Shown: positions 45,960-59,874 of the stretch, piece by piece
How positions within the stretch are numbered: the stretch's first letter is position 1
How the letters are laid out: the number at the start of each line of letters is the position of its first letter
DNA from: Amphiscolops sp. MND2022
Taxonomy: Eukaryota
Assembly (NCBI GenBank): GCA_964187785.1
Contig: OZ076409.1
Location: 4,218,001-4,282,000 of the forward strand
DNA length: 64,000 nt
Direction: 5' to 3'
The notes under the pieces: model-generated
Seen by the model: only the letters and a program-made list of their open reading frames with translations
Database searches by the model: none
What the model was told of the DNA's origin: nothing
Program-made: the position numbers and the translations under genes

Positions 45960-47325
45960 GGTTAAAGAAGTTTATATGTCCAGTTCTAATTTCTGGTAGT
46001 TCGGCGTCACAAAGATAAGAGATTGAAGTGACTATGAATGGTGAAGAAGTTGTTTTATGTGCTACTCTTGTTGAAAGAGAAAATGGATAAGGGTTTAAAG
46101 AATTGAATGTAACTTCGACTTCAAATTTTAATATTAATTGAGTTTCTTGTAATCTTCTTAGGTCTCTTTGTTTTCTTGCGTTTGAGAGAGAGCTATTATT
46201 TATAAATCTCGTTGGGAGTACTGTGTATCGAGGATCTTCGTTAAGAGTACGAATAATCGTTGAGTTAACACGGATGGGATATTCGTGTGGGTTTGGTGTA
46301 GGAGGTCTTGAATATTCTTCTAAAAAGTATTCAGGTAGTTGTATTGATGAATCAGATAATATTGAGCAAGGGGTGAATAAACTCGTGAAAATTTTGCGGC
46401 GCTATCTGATCTAGTATGAGGATCTTCTGAAATGAGAGATGCTGATTCTAATCCTGATGTGACTTGAAATGGTAATGATAAGGAAGACGGGATTGTGGGG
46501 TGAGATGAGGAAAGAGAAGGAGTGTTTGATCTGGGTTGTGCTTGTTGTCTAACTAGTCTTGAATTGTACTGGAACTAGTTAAAGATGATAATTCTTGAGA
46601 AAGTCTTCGTGGTTGAGATCTAAGATTATAACAATGTCTTGGTACTCGGGTACTAGCTGTCGAATCCGAGTCTTTATCTTTATGGTATAAATCTGTTAAA
46701 GATGAGGTAGTGCTTGATTTTAGACGTTCTAGTTTTGGATATAATTGAGAGAATGTAAATGAACTTATATCAGATAGTGAATTAGTTGTATGTTCTGGTA
46801 TAGTTTTAATTGGAGTTTGACTTGTTGATGGTATAGGAGTATTCTTTGCTAATGTTGGTATAGGACTTTTTCTAATTGTTTTTGTGGCAGTTGGTATTCT
46901 GTGTGAAGAGGAGCTAAAGTATTGAAGAATTGAATCAGGATCAGGAATATGTAAAGTACGTGTAGTAGGAATTGGTGGAAGAGGGGGTCTATTTATGATA
47001 CTTGACGTATCTTGTACATTAGAGGTAAGCGATTCATCACACGAGTCACTTGCAGGTGAATTTGCTTCTAGGAATGACAGATTTTGTGATTGAGTTGTTG
47101 TTGTTGTTGTTGTTGTTGTTTGAGTTTGGAGTATTGTTAGGTGTTGTTGTTATTCTACCGGGAGAATATGGAGCGGATGGACTAGGGTATGAGGGTGAGG
47201 AATCAAGTATGTCTGTATCTGAATTTAAATATGCTGTATATTCGGGTAGTGTTTGGAATGAATGAGTTGAACTAGATGATGAATTGTTTCTAACTGATGA
47301 CGGTGAAGTTTTATGGCTATCAATT
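45960..47325 (-). pseudogene. S/T/P-rich low-complexity ORF between pol and env (partial duplicate at ~40860-42206)
   Basis: Manual translation gives long open stretches (SHKTSPSSVRNNSSSS..; TTQSQNLSFLEANSP..RHCYNLRSQPRR..) broken by a few frameshifts; contains an AAC/ACA microsatellite. Confidence 0.6.
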
Positions 47326-47446
47326 TTGAAGTATTATTATTCACTTTCTAATCATACGCTTCACTAATGCAATCTTCTTTTTAGTGTTCTTTCTTCAGGT
47401 TACTATTTACCTTTACTTGTCTCTAGGTTTTTCATTCAACTTTCAT

Positions 47447-50400
47447 TCAGAAAAATTTTTTCAGAAAAGACTTTTGAGAAAATGAAATCATGTCCTTTTC
47501 ACCAAGGAAAAGTCGATAGTCTTTTCGTGGTTGTGGGCGGAAATCGTATCTGTCATGGGTGTGTCTTTGGGGGTTAATATAATTGTCATAGTCGTGAATA
47601 TTAGATTGGTTTTCTGAGTCTGTGTAACTGCTTTGTTGTTTATTTTGTTTATACGGTAATGAGGAGTATTGGCTAAAGGATTCTGGTTGGAAGTCAATTG
47701 TGGATGGTATTTCCGTTTCTTTATTGGAGTTTGTAACTTCTTCTTCAACTACTTGTTCTTCATCTGAAAAAGATATAAAAGGATTTATCGGGTCATTTGT
47801 ACTTGAATTATTATTATCAGTATTATTGTCAAAAGAATGTGGGTTATAATTTTGTATGAAAGGGAAAATGGGTGGTTCTTTTGAATAATAAGGAACTAAA
47901 TGGTTTCTATGTATATGAAAAGTATAGCCATCTTGATTAACAATTTCATATGTAATGTCAGAAATTTTATTATTGATTTTAAATGGTCCAATTCTGAGTG
48001 GTTTTAGTTTGTCTGAAAAATGAACATGGAGGAAATTTCTTTTTAATACAAAAGTGCCGATGTCTAAGGGTCTTGGATTATTATATGTTTTGTTGAAATA
48101 AGCAAATGAATTAATTTTTCGTTTTGTATTTTCATATACTGTGTGGTAAAATTGTATCATAGCTATTTCCGGAGCTAAAATCCATTGTGGAATTGGTTTT
48201 GATAAGATTTTATGGAAGAAGGGATTTAAGTTTTATTTATCATAATGTGTGTGTAGTGGTAGATTTTGACAAAATTGAGATGTACAGTTTCTCTAAGTGT
48301 CTCGTTGGAAGTTGAGTTCACAATTGATGGGGATTCTTGGTATAGTGTGAAATACTGTTTCGTATGGCGAAAGATTTAATTCATAGAGCGGTTGTGAATT
48401 ATGTGGATAAGCGTACATATGGACTTGAGTAGACCAGTTTTCTGGCGTATTATGTAAGAAAAGTCGAAGATGGGTTCCAAGATTTTTATTTTGGTTTTCT
48501 ACTAGACCATTTGTCCATGGTGCGTAAGGTGTTGTTGGTGAATGTCTAATTCGCATTTTAGTACAAAGGTTTGCAAGTTCAGAATTATTATATCTGAACC
48601 ACGATCTGTAACTAAATACACTGGAGGTCCAAATTTAGTAATCCAATGATGTAGTAAAGAATTAACAGCGTTTTGAGCATTGTTTTGTTTAACAGGTACT
48701 GTTACTACAAAGTGACTAAAAGCATCTACTATCACATGATTATATGAGTTTTGATTAGATGGTGGATTTATAGGGCCTTTTGTATCCATTGATATTCGAT
48801 AGTTGAAAGATGAAGCATTTTCTGAAAATGTCTGTATTGTTGCAGTTTGAATTTTATGGTTAATATGTTTGTTTTGTTGACATTCAATGCAATCATGAAT
48901 GAATATCGACATCCATTTATTTAAAAATGGTATGAAATAAAATTGATTAAAAGCTTTTCTGGAGATTTTAATTCCTGAGTGTCCATGTGCATGGAAATTA
49001 TTGAAAGCTGCATGAAAGAGTTTAAATGGTAAACATAGTTTGTCGTTTTGATTTGGGTTTGAGTCATGTATATTAGAATAATGTATGTGGATGATTTTTG
49101 TTTCATGATTTATGTACAATTGTTGGAAAAGTTTGTAGTAAATTGATAGGAAAGAGTTACATGCTATTGTTGGATCTATTTGGAAAGGTCTTTCGTTATT
49201 TTGTAGCCAATGATAAATTTTTTGTAGAACGGGATCGTGTTTTTGTTGTGATTTTATTGTTTCGATTGTTATTGGGGTATTTTCTGGGAGGAAGAAACAA
49301 TGAAAGTATTTTTTGTACTTAAAGAAGGATGGGTCAAAAATGGAACTTGTTGATTGCAATAATCAGATTTGGTGGGATATTGTAATGCAAGATTTTGTTT
49401 TTTAAATGTAGTTGTGTTTTGATCTTTTAAATCTTGTGGCTGGTTGGTTTCATCTTCATCACTAAGAATATCATTGTCGTTAAGGAAAGTTGATTGTTGC
49501 AGAAGTGATTTTATTTTATTTTTTGTGGGTCTTTTGTATTTAAATTCAAATGGAACAATTGATTGAAAAGAAAATGAATCTAAAGGTTTTATATGAACAT
49601 CTTCTCCTTTGTTGTTTATTCGAATGGAAAATTGGTCTTCTCCATAGTCAGCGAGCAATGGATGGCAATCTTTTTTTGATTGTATTTGATTTCTTTATGT
49701 TTCACTAAATAATGTACAGGTTTGAGTTGATCGTCTTTCATAATAGAGAAATTGATTTGAGGTGGCAATTGTTTATGTCGTAATTGGTGTATTCGTTCTT
49801 TGGTGAAGGTTCTTGATCATATCTGCTACAGTTAAGTTTTTTCCAGGGGAGTGAATAATTTTGAGTTTTCAAAATTTTGTAAGTTGCATTTGTGCTCTAT
49901 AAAAACTTGGACTAAGGTTTCCATTTTTGGCAAAACAGTGTAATAAAGGTTTGTGATCTGTAGAGATAAATATTGGATGAGGAGATCCAATAATGAGAAA
50001 TTCGTATATTTGTAGTGCATAGACTATTGCAAGTAGTTCTCGGTCTAATGTTGAAAGTTTTTGATCTTGGGTGTTGAGGATTCGAGAGTTATAAGAAATA
50101 ACTTTCATTTTATTTTCTTCATTCATTTGGAATAGGACTGCTCCTAAGCCAACTAAGGAAGCATCAACTGTTATGAAAAATGGATGTTTGATTTTGGGTA
50201 TAGTTAATTCGGTGTCTGCTGTCATTGATTTTTTAACATCTTGGAACATTTTTTCTAGTTGAGGTGTCCATTGGGATTTTACATCGTCGTGTAATAAGGT
50301 ATACAGCGGTTTGAGATTTATATGAAGTTTTTCAATGAATTTGGAATAGAAGTTTACTTTTCCTAAAAACTGCAGGACATCCTTTTTATCTTCCGGTGAT

Positions 50401-52300
50401 GGAATTTTTTTAATGGCTTCAATTTTTGATGGGATTGGTTTAATTGTGTTATTTCCTATTTCATCTCCAAGGAATTTTTCTTTAAGTAACATGTAGAATG
50501 ATTTCTCAGGTGCAAGTTTAAGATTTTTTGTTGCTATTTTATGGAGTTCTTTGATGAGTTCGAACATTTCTTGTTTTCCATCTGCTAGTAACAATATATC
50601 ATCAATATATACAAGTGCAGAACATTTATCTGCGAGTTATCGAAAGAAAGTTGACATCGGTTTCGTGAAAAAGTTTGGGAGTCCTTTTAATCCATAGAAT
50701 CCACGGATAAAGGTATGTAACTTGTCTCCGGATGAAAATCCTGTGAGTTTGATTCTTTCTTCATTTAATGGAGTATGCGCATATGCGTACATTAAATCAA
50801 TAGTTGACTTGTATTTCTTATTAGCTCTGGCTAATTGAGGTGCTAAAGGTTCAATGGGCCAAGATTCAAGTTCTTGATTAGTGTTTGAATTCAAATGTCT
50901 TGCATCTAGAACGACTTTTATTGAGTCTCCTTTAGGGATAATAACTAAAGGGTTTAGAAAGATTGCTCCAATGGTGTGCTTCTCATCTGATGAAGAGCCA
51001 ATTTGCTTTATTATATTATATTTTTCAAGTTCTGTTAAAAGTTTGTTTATTCTATTTTGGTAGTGAATTGGTACCTTAGAGGGTCTTTGCGTTTGCAGTT
51101 CACAGTTTTCTTTAATTCTAATTCTGAAAGGAGTAGAAGTTTTTCCTACGTCTTTTTTGTGTTTAGCGTAACAATGTTGACTAATTATAAGAATGTTGCA
51201 AAGGTTTACATATTCAGTATCGGTCAAATCAGAGTACTCGAAGTAAAACTCTTTCATCAATTGTTGATTTTCTGCAGTATATGGTAGGGGAGGTAAATCT
51301 TTTCTGATTTTATCTGAAGGTTGAAGGTTTCCTGTGACAGAAGGTATAGGTAGTTGGAGTGTTTTGTCATTTGTTTCTATTTTATTAATTTCTAATAAAG
51401 ATTGTGGAATTACTCGAGTACATAAATTCATATCTGTATAATTGTTTTGTTTAATGGGAATAGTAGTATCAGGATGATAGGTATGTATTACTGAATGAAT
51501 GTGTGAGTATACATCTTGAACTCTATAATAAGGAGGTGTTGTTTGAATGATAGGAATCTCTATGTATCCAATATTTCCTCGTGGTAGTGTGGCTCGATGA
51601 GATGTGAAAATTTGAATTACTGTTGAGCATGAGTCTTTGTTTTTGTCATTTATGATCATATCTAAGAAATGGAAAATGTGTTTGAATTTTTGGAAGATGT
51701 ATGTATATGGAATTGATCTGTAGAATTTAGTATTATCTTCTTGTTCAAAGTGTAAGTTGAGATAATTTTTGATCGGCAAATGTATGATCTTTCCTGACCT
51801 TGGTTTAAAGTAAATTGGTTCTTTACATTTAATGGTATAAATGTACGAAATATATGGGTAGTCTTTTTCTGTGAAAGTCGAAAAATGTGTTTTTGTTGGA
51901 ATTTTTGGATGTTGTTCTTTGTTTGTCATGATATTTTGTTGAAAGTCTATATTTTGAATATTCTTCTTGAAGAAAAATGCTCCAAGAATATTGTATTTTA
52001 TGTTTGCTACTGCAAATTCAATATTGAAAGATCGATTTGATGATTTACTTCGGTAAAGCATGTCATCGAATCATAATATACTATTGGTACTTCAGTTTGG
52101 TTGGCAACTGTAAGAGTTTTTCTCGTGTATTTTCAATGTCTTTTGGAACATTAGGGTTTAATTGTTTTGCAATTACGTGAAATGTTGGTAGGTTTCAAAC
52201 TGAAATAGAAGCTCCAGTATCTAAAAGAAAGAGGATTTCTAGTTTTGAAGGTAATATGTTGTCTTTTCTTTCAAAAGCATGTATAAATATTGGGTAAAAC
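47447..52300 (-). pseudogene. pol: Degenerate pol of element 2 (protease, RT, RNase H, integrase)
   Basis: LFLLDTGASIS (~52235-52200); VVLDARHLN, FYGLKG, LVYIDDILL (~50600); ITVDAS..RELLAI; HAHGH..CIEC, ISMD, VTDRG, NGLVE; IGPF. Confidence 0.93.
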
Positions 52301-52399
52301 CAACTATAAGGAATAATTGTGTTTGCAATTTCAGTGATTTGACATGTATGGACTTCAAATTTTGTACTATCTTTGTCATTTGTAGATTTAACATTTACT

Positions 52400-55300
52400 T
52401 GATTGATTCTGTTTTGTTGTCTGTTCTGTGAAGGTGTTCTAGATCGTGATCTGTAAACTCTTGGTTTGGATGGAGATCTACATGGATAATTATATCGTCT
52501 AAAAGAATTTCTTGTGATTGAGAACGAGATCTATATCTTGATCGAGAATTATATCCGTAATTAGAGTTGTTTCTGTATGGTGATCTATATAGAGATCTGG
52601 ATGGAGTTTTTCTTTGATAATGGTTGCCGTATCTAGACCTGGATGAGTATGGACTTTGAGATCTAGTGTAGTATCTTTGTCAGGAATTAGATAGATAATT
52701 GTTTTGTGAATAATCTCTACTGTTACTTCGGTATCTATCATTATTTCTATATCTATCATTATGGTAGTAGTTTTGGCTATATCTACTACGGTCATTATCT
52801 CTAGAAGAATAATCAGTTTTATTTTCAGTTCGGTTATCTCGAGAATTGCTGGGTTTACTACGGAAGTATTGTACGAACGATCGTTAGGGAGTTCTTGGTC
52901 TTGGATTTCTATATTTTTGGTATTCTTCATCACGTTGTTTTTGATAACAATTTGAAACACCGTGATTGTTTTTATGACAATAAGTGCAATATTTGTTGTA
53001 AGCTGGTTTACTCTTGTTAATTGGGTCTCCAGGCTGAGTAACCATTATATGGTCATGTTCTAATTCCTTGTCATTATTGTCGTTGTCAATGGATATTTTG
53101 TTTATTTCTAAGGCTAAATCATTGGTTCTTGTTTTTTCGTTAGCAAAATCTTCAGAGTCAACATGTCGAACAAGTGTGTGAAATGGTATTGATGGTTCAA
53201 GTAACGTTGATACGTGTTTAACTTGTCTTTTGTGTGCAAACTCCTTCAACTTTTTAGGTAATCCTTTTGTAAAATTTTCATTATTTTTTAAGTTAAAAGT
53301 GGCTGCATTTTCATTACATCATCCCTTTTTAACTAACTGTTGTACTCTAAGAGCGAAATGACGTACTGTTTCACTGTCCTTTTTCATGAGTGACATAGCT
53401 TTTATTTGTGCGTAATAAGCTGTTTTTTGAGAAGAAAATTGTTTTTGAAATACTTGTAAAAAGGAATTCCATTGTTGTTCATATGATATATGAAGACTAC
53501 TGTACCAATCAAGGGCTGTTCCTATTAAAGAACATTGTATATATGCCATGCGTCTATTATGCCATGATCTGTACATTACAGGGTTTTTTTGAGGTTCTTC
53601 ATCTATGGCAAAGGTTAATCTTGCTTCCACTTGGTGGAAATATTCTTCTGGGGTGTACGAATGATCTAAACCGTCGAAAGGTTTCATAGGTTGTGGTATT
53701 GAAGCTGAAGTTTTTATGAATGTATCGTGTTGTATTGGTATATACTGAAGTGGAGGAGCTACAGATTGTGCCATGTTTACATTTGGTGAGATTCGAGTAG
53801 GATTGTAAGTTTTATGTTGATACATTTGATATAAGGGGTCGGTGGATATATGTGAAAGTGGAGGATTTTGGAATAGTCTTTGAGAAGATTGTACAATGTT
53901 AGAATATGGTATTCTTTGGTTTCGTGAGAAAGAATTTGATTGTGTGGAATTTGTTGGTAATGGCTGTGGGAATAAGTGATGTGTTAACAAATTAGGATTA
54001 TTGTTAGATTGAAAAGGATTTTGATTATTATTCGTTTGAATATTTGTATTAGATTGTGGGTTAAAGGAATAATTGAATGGGTCATAATATCAGCTGGAAG
54101 CTTGTTGGTTATTATTGTTTTTAGATCGAATTGTTTTGTTTGAATATTTAAATGTAGGAGGAAGTGATGGAGGATCGTACATAGATCGAATTGTATTTTG
54201 TGTAGTATTTATATTTTGTGTATTATCGAGAATAGTTCTTGTAGGTGACGACACATCAACAGAAGTATTACGGAATGAGGTTTTATTTTGAGTTTCATCT
54301 TGTATTTCATCATCTGAAGTAGAGGGAAAGTTGAAAGTAATGTTGCCTCGTGGAGAAGTATCTGAGTATGATTGTGGATCATATGTATTTGGTCTTGGAA
54401 TAACAACTCTAGTTGGAACTCTAACAAGGTGATTGTTTGTTGAGGTCCCAGCTTGTGATGCATCTTGTGCCGAAGTTGTAGATTCTGGGGTAGTATATTC
54501 ACTAGTATTTTCATTTATGTGATGTACAATAGCTTCATTACGGTTTTCATTTTGATTTTCAAGAGCGTAGTCTCCATTATTGTTACCGCCTTCATTGTAG
54601 TTTTCATTGGTAGTAAATACATTTTGTTGTTCTTGACTATTTTGTTCATAACGAAAAGGTCTATTGTCATCAATAAGATTGTTTTCGGTAAATAAACGAG
54701 GATCAAAAAATATAAAGTCAATGGTATGTTTTGTTATTTTATCTGGTTTGAAAAAATAAGGGTGTTCATTCTTTCTATTCATGATGAATGATAGTCATTC
54801 ATCAGCTGTAAAATGAATTGTGAATGCTGTGAAAGCAGCTTGATCCTGTTTTGACCAAATTAAATGATGATTGAATCTGAAAAATTTTGAGAGGAATAAA
54901 TATATTAATTTGATTTGAGATATTGATTGTTCGTTCAATGTTATGTCTTTGAAATAATGATATAAGAAACTTTGTATCCGTATTATATCTGTTTGTAACC
55001 AGTGATGAGGATTTTTTCGAGTTATGACTATTCTTCTATATCCTCTACTTCGAAATTGTGTATGTATTGTTCAAGTTCTTGAAGTGCAATTGGGCTATAT
55101 TTTGGATTTTCGAGTGATAAGTTGAATTCTTTTACTTGGTTTAAAAAAGCATGAAAAACGTCTTTAATATGAACTTGGAGATTAATTGGGTTAAGTGTTT
55201 TTCTATATGTTTGAGTTCAAGAAGTTTCTTGTTGAGGGAAAGTGATTTGAAAAGCTGGATATTCGGTAGAAATAATTGTAGATCTATGTCTAAATAGAAA

Positions 55301-55491
55301 AGATATGTATCCACATGTTCTCTAATAAGAGGAATTGTTTCAAGGCTGTAGGATTCATTTTCAAATGAAAGTGGTTTTGTATAGTTATAAACAATGTTGT
55401 TTAGACATGGTTTCATTTCTGTTTTTACTACTTTTGCATTTTTAATGTTAGGTATTTCAAAAGGGGAAGGGGAAGATTTTGAAGATTTCAT
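52400..55491 (-). pseudogene. gag: Degenerate gag of element 2 with a long N-terminal extension or upstream ORF
   Basis: KPFDGLDHSYTPEEY..ALDWY..ETVRHFALRV (capsid-like); CTYCHKNNHGVSNC knuckle; Arg/Ser-rich tail ~52430-52900; upstream fragments 54090-54782 and 55141-55491. Confidence 0.85.
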
Positions 55492-56969
55492 ATTAAAGAT
55501 TATTTATTGATGTAAGTAACTTTTCCAACAGTATGCAAAAGAGGAAAAGAACGCAGAATGTATATGTGGTGATAAGAATTTTTGTGGTAACCTTTTCCCA
55601 CATGGTATGATGTCTAAGTTTAATATTGAGGGTTGTTGTTACTTTTATTGTGGATTTTGGTTACAATATTTTAAAATAAAAATGAAGAGGTATTTAAAAA
55701 GTTAAAAGTAGAGATGTAGTAGTATGGAATGTTTTTATGTGAAGATATTATGTTCGTGATCTTGAGTGAGTTTGTTGTTGGTTCAGAAGATACAAAAAAT
55801 ATTGTTCGTAGTGTGGAATTAATCTCTCAAAATCTGCAATTGTAGGGTTATAAATAGGATTTGTTATATGAGGAATTTTATGTGTAAAAATAGTTAGTGG
55901 GGAAGAAAAAAAGTTGAATTATGTAAGGATCGATTACGTGTGTTTGAATTCATAAATTTTATCGTGTATGGTTTTTTTATTAAGGATAGAGAAGAAAAAG
56001 TGGATGCAAATGAATCTGTATTCAACCTCAAGGATTGTTAAAAGAATCACTTTATGATTTTAGTCTGGATTAAAGTGTCTGACAAAAGGCCACTGACGCG
56101 TCCAGTGAGAGTTGTATTTTAGAGCTGGACTTCAATTAAGGTGTCTAACATAAGGTTATTGACACGTCCAGAAAAATTATTTTTAAGTAGGTTGTGGGTT
56201 CTAAGACTAAGGGAGTGGAACTCTGAACAATCAACGTCCACTATCCAAAGTCTGATCAATACTGATCAAGATCAAAAGTTGATCTTCTGTGTCTTTTACT
56301 TTTATTTTTACTTCCTGAGAATTTCGAAGATTCGAACGTAGTTCGGTGTCCTCTAGATTCTCCCTAATGACGTTTAAACTGAGCTAAGGTGTTTAGTCAG
56401 TCTTAACAAAAGATGTCGAAGCTAAAAGCTAGAATTTGATTGTTTAGGTCTTACGGGAGGGAATAGGAATTGCGGGTGCCTGAAAGTAGAAAACTACCTT
56501 TACAGCGTCTGTTTTAATTGCATGTCTTATTTTAGATTTTAGGGCAAAAGAGTTGTGTTAAAATTATATGCTTGTTTTGTTAAATAAAAGTTTTTGTGGA
56601 TTGTTAAAAATATTGGATGGTGTAGATATATTTAACAGCTGAAGGTTACGGAAGAAGTAACGAAAGACTTGGTTTCTGTTTATGAGTTTCAGAGTCTAAT
56701 TTTGAAAGTAAAGTTTGAAGGTTTTATTAGAAAATGGATCCGAAACGTAAGAGTAGAAAATCCAGTTTTCCTGCCAACACGAAGTTGATCTTGAAACGTA
56801 TGTGCTTATAGGTGAGGTGAGTCTGGCATATACTCAGTCAACTATTACACCAGGAGTCCACCTGACGTTCAAGAAAGTAGGGTTGAATAATTTATTGCCG
56901 TATCAAAGGTGTTAGAAAACCTTTATAAACCGGACAGAAGAGAAACTAATTCAACAAGCTTCCGGATAG

Positions 56970-57105
56970 CTGTGATAAATCAGTATGGAGAATAGAACTG
57001 TGTCACTATGGATAAATCAGTCTGAAAGAGGAGCAGAACTGTAACACTGTGGATAAATCAGTCTGAAAGAAGAGCAGAACTGTGTCACTATGGATAAATG
57101 AGTTT
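56970..57105. repeat. About 3 tandem copies of a ~40-bp unit in the 5' leader of element 2
   Basis: Repeated ggataaatcagtctgaaag..gagcagaactgtgtcacta. Confidence 0.75.
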
Positions 57106-57415
57106 GATAATGTACCGTGTCAACGTGTTAGAAAACGTGGTAAACCGGCAAAGAAGAGAACAGAAGGAGGACCGTGTCGACGTTTATAGAAAAACGTGTT
57201 AAACCGGCATTGAAGAACTTTTGTTATACTTCAGATGGAGAAATTTTTGTCTAACAATGATGTATTTTTTGAAGAAATTCAGAAAGATACAGATTATATT
57301 TTCCAGGAAATCTAGTAAAATATCACTGCAATCGAAAAGAATTTCCAAGAGAAGAAGTGGTAGTTTGTGTATTGATGAGAGAAGAGAAATCATTCAGCGA
57401 AAAAGAGAATTTTTA

Positions 57416-57427
57416 CAAGTCGCACCA
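57416..57427 (-). promoter_or_regulatory. Primer-binding site of element 2 (TGGTGCGACTTG)
   Basis: TGG 3 nt after the 5' LTR end; tRNA not identified. Confidence 0.65.
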
Positions 57428-57430
57428 AAT

Positions 57431-57712
57431 TGTGCTGCTTTTTAGAGTTGTATAATTTATTTAGTGGTCTTGTATCTAGATGGTACTGGTCTAAGTTTAA
57501 GACAAGACTACTTAGATCGATGCTAGCTAGCTAACTCTAATAAAGCTTGGAGGTCTGGAAGAAGGAAGAAAGGAAGTCGACTAAATACTGAATATTAGTT
57601 TTCTTTCTCTGAAGGAGTAGAGTTTTACAGTCATTCAATATTAAATAAATGTACATTCTAGAACATTCTATAAACATCTAAATACTATTGGTTATTAATG
57701 TAGGTCAGTATA
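57431..57712 (-). repeat. 5' LTR of element 2 (282 bp)
   Basis: Matches 34250-34532; terminal CA mutated to TA; followed by TSD GAAC. Confidence 0.95.
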
Positions 57713-58844
57713 GAACGTTTTTTTCGTCAATCAGACGTAAACCACGATTGCTAGAGAATCATCGTGCGTAGAACAGCTTTGTGAAAGGTTTCACTTGACA
57801 GAAAGTTATTTCAGCTTGCGATGCCTTCAGAGTTAGTTCTCGGCAAAACTTGTTCCAACAGACTGTTGAAAGTCGGAAGTACGCGCCAACTTTTAGATTT
57901 TTGTTTTCTCAGGATCTTATTTTTGATCCTAATCAAGTTTGGATTTGAACCTAAAGCATTAAAGTATGTAAACGACTTCCCAAAAGTTCATGTCAATCCG
58001 TGAAGCTTCGTCGACTCTGGAGATGCAAAAGCTTGATTCGCCGTCAGCTGAATGTTCAGTTACTTTATCAAATCATCCATACCTTGCAAGGGTTGTATGT
58101 TGCTGCTATTGGCAAACATTTTGCAGATCTTTTGGAACTGACCAATAATCCGACTTTTCCGACTTCTTGAGAAAACATTTTCCCGATTGAATATTTTTAA
58201 GCGTTATTAGTTTGGCTTCCGGTCGCGTCCATTGACATGTGGTCACTCGTTTCCCTGACTCGTTTGTATTTTTGAGTTCAATGTCAGTAACCTGGTTCAC
58301 CTTTCAAATTATCTTTGATATGAATCTTTTTTCAAAATGCCTGCGGAATTTTCCAACAGTTTCATTCTCTGGAAACTGCTTGCTGAAATTCAATTTTATA
58401 ATCAACCATTTTTAGCTGTCTGAGATTTTCCAAATACACAAAAATAAGACAAAGTGAATCGACCGAAAGTTCAAAGGTATAAATCCAAAGTCAATTGGCT
58501 TAGTAGTTATCGACGGACAGTTCGTTGCTAGTGAAAGAACTTTCCACGAGACGGCTTGATGTTTGATCTCGGTGTTCAAATGCACGGGGCAGAGGGTACG
58601 TTTTTCTACCAAACTCTCACTTTTTCACGAGAATAAACTACCCTGCTTTATAATTTTATCAAGCTTTTCTTTTTGGTTCTCTTTGGCTACTTCGTTTTTT
58701 AAAATGTTTTGAACGCTAAACGCGGAAATCGTTACTATTTCATCCGATTCACCAACATATGTTTTTACAAGAAAATTGAGAGAGCATAAAGTATGTTCTA
58801 ATCATTTTACCTAATACGCAAAGACAGTATCCCCCTTATCTTAC

Positions 58845-59069
58845 CAATCTGCAGCGTCATGATGTTGATATGGCTGACTATCGACCATGGAATTTCCAAA
58901 CTGACCCACGATTCGCCCACTTCAGCGGTTGATAGGAAACACTCCGACTCAGTTTTCCCATACACACCATCAATGGCCTTATCTATCGATTTGGGAATCC
59001 CTGCCCACTGAGACGACAACTCGCCCCCTCTACGTATCTCCACTCTCCGCATTTCCTCTCTGACTAATT
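58845..59069 (-). CDS. Probable host exon: N-terminal half of an F-type lectin/discoidin-like domain
   Basis: LSSQW..KAIDG..ECFLST..SWVSLEI..VSHINI; AG acceptor and GTAAGA donor; 225 nt, phase 1-1. Confidence 0.65.
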
Positions 59070-59874
59070 CTAGACACATTTTACAGTATCTAAAGATCGT
59101 TGATAACTAAGAAACTTGATTACGTGCTCCTCTGAATGTACAAAGTAAAGTAGTTAAGTTAGTTTGAGACAGCTTGACGAAGTAAACGGTAACCCGATTC
59201 AACGTTTTTTGTATCTTGAGAGACGTTTACCACTAAAAAACCTTCGAAAAGTTAAACACCTTTAAAAATTCACTCTTAAACTTTGAACTGTTCGATGTTT
59301 AATGTTCGTTGCGGCGATTGCAGACCGAAGCGCACATTTAAGAACGTCCTGGAATAGCCCGTAACAAGAATATTTGAGTTTGAAGAGACTTTCTCAATAT
59401 TGTAAATGTCAAATACAAAAGAGTTTCTCGTAGGAGGAAAATGGCAACAGTGAAAAGTGTCAAAGTACGGAATAGAAACCAAAAAATGTGAATACTTGTG
59501 CTTTAAAAAGCATTTTCTCTACTGAGAATGTCAAGGAAAACTAGACGAGGATGATTCGATGCCCCTGCACGTTTTGATTTTGTAGGTGATGTGAAATAGA
59601 GAGAAAACCGAAAATGGGAACCTTTAGCCGAGGTTAGTGCTCTCTTAGGCTAGAAGATTGTAGAACATGGACTTTGCGCGTCTTAGTTTTCATCTGACAA
59701 ATAAGAAAAAACTTATCCTTGTAATATCGGGCACGATTTTCACAAATTACGCCGGCGAAAAAAATCTACTCTTCGGTCAATATGTCTAAGGAGTTTACTG
59801 CAAACTAGTCCTGAAAATTACTGGCTCCTCTAGAAATCTATTTCAATAGGAAGTTCAATCAAGCTGCTTCTCAC

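Larger units (their letters stand above)
37929..47289. repeat. Internal tandem duplication (~4.3-kb unit: 37929-42206 and 42203-47289) covering env and most of the S/T/P-rich ORF
   Basis: Two colinear copies, roughly 96-97% identical by eye; junction at a GTTT microhomology (42203-42206); copy 2 carries the solo-LTR insertion. Confidence 0.95.
34250..57712 (-). mobile_element. Env-bearing retrovirus-like Ty3/Gypsy element (element 2, 23.5 kb including an internal duplication and a nested solo LTR)
   Basis: LTRs 34250-34532 and 57431-57712; 4-bp TSD GAAC (34246-34249, 57713-57716); gag, PR-RT-RH-IN and env on the - strand, with many stops and frameshifts. Confidence 0.95.
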
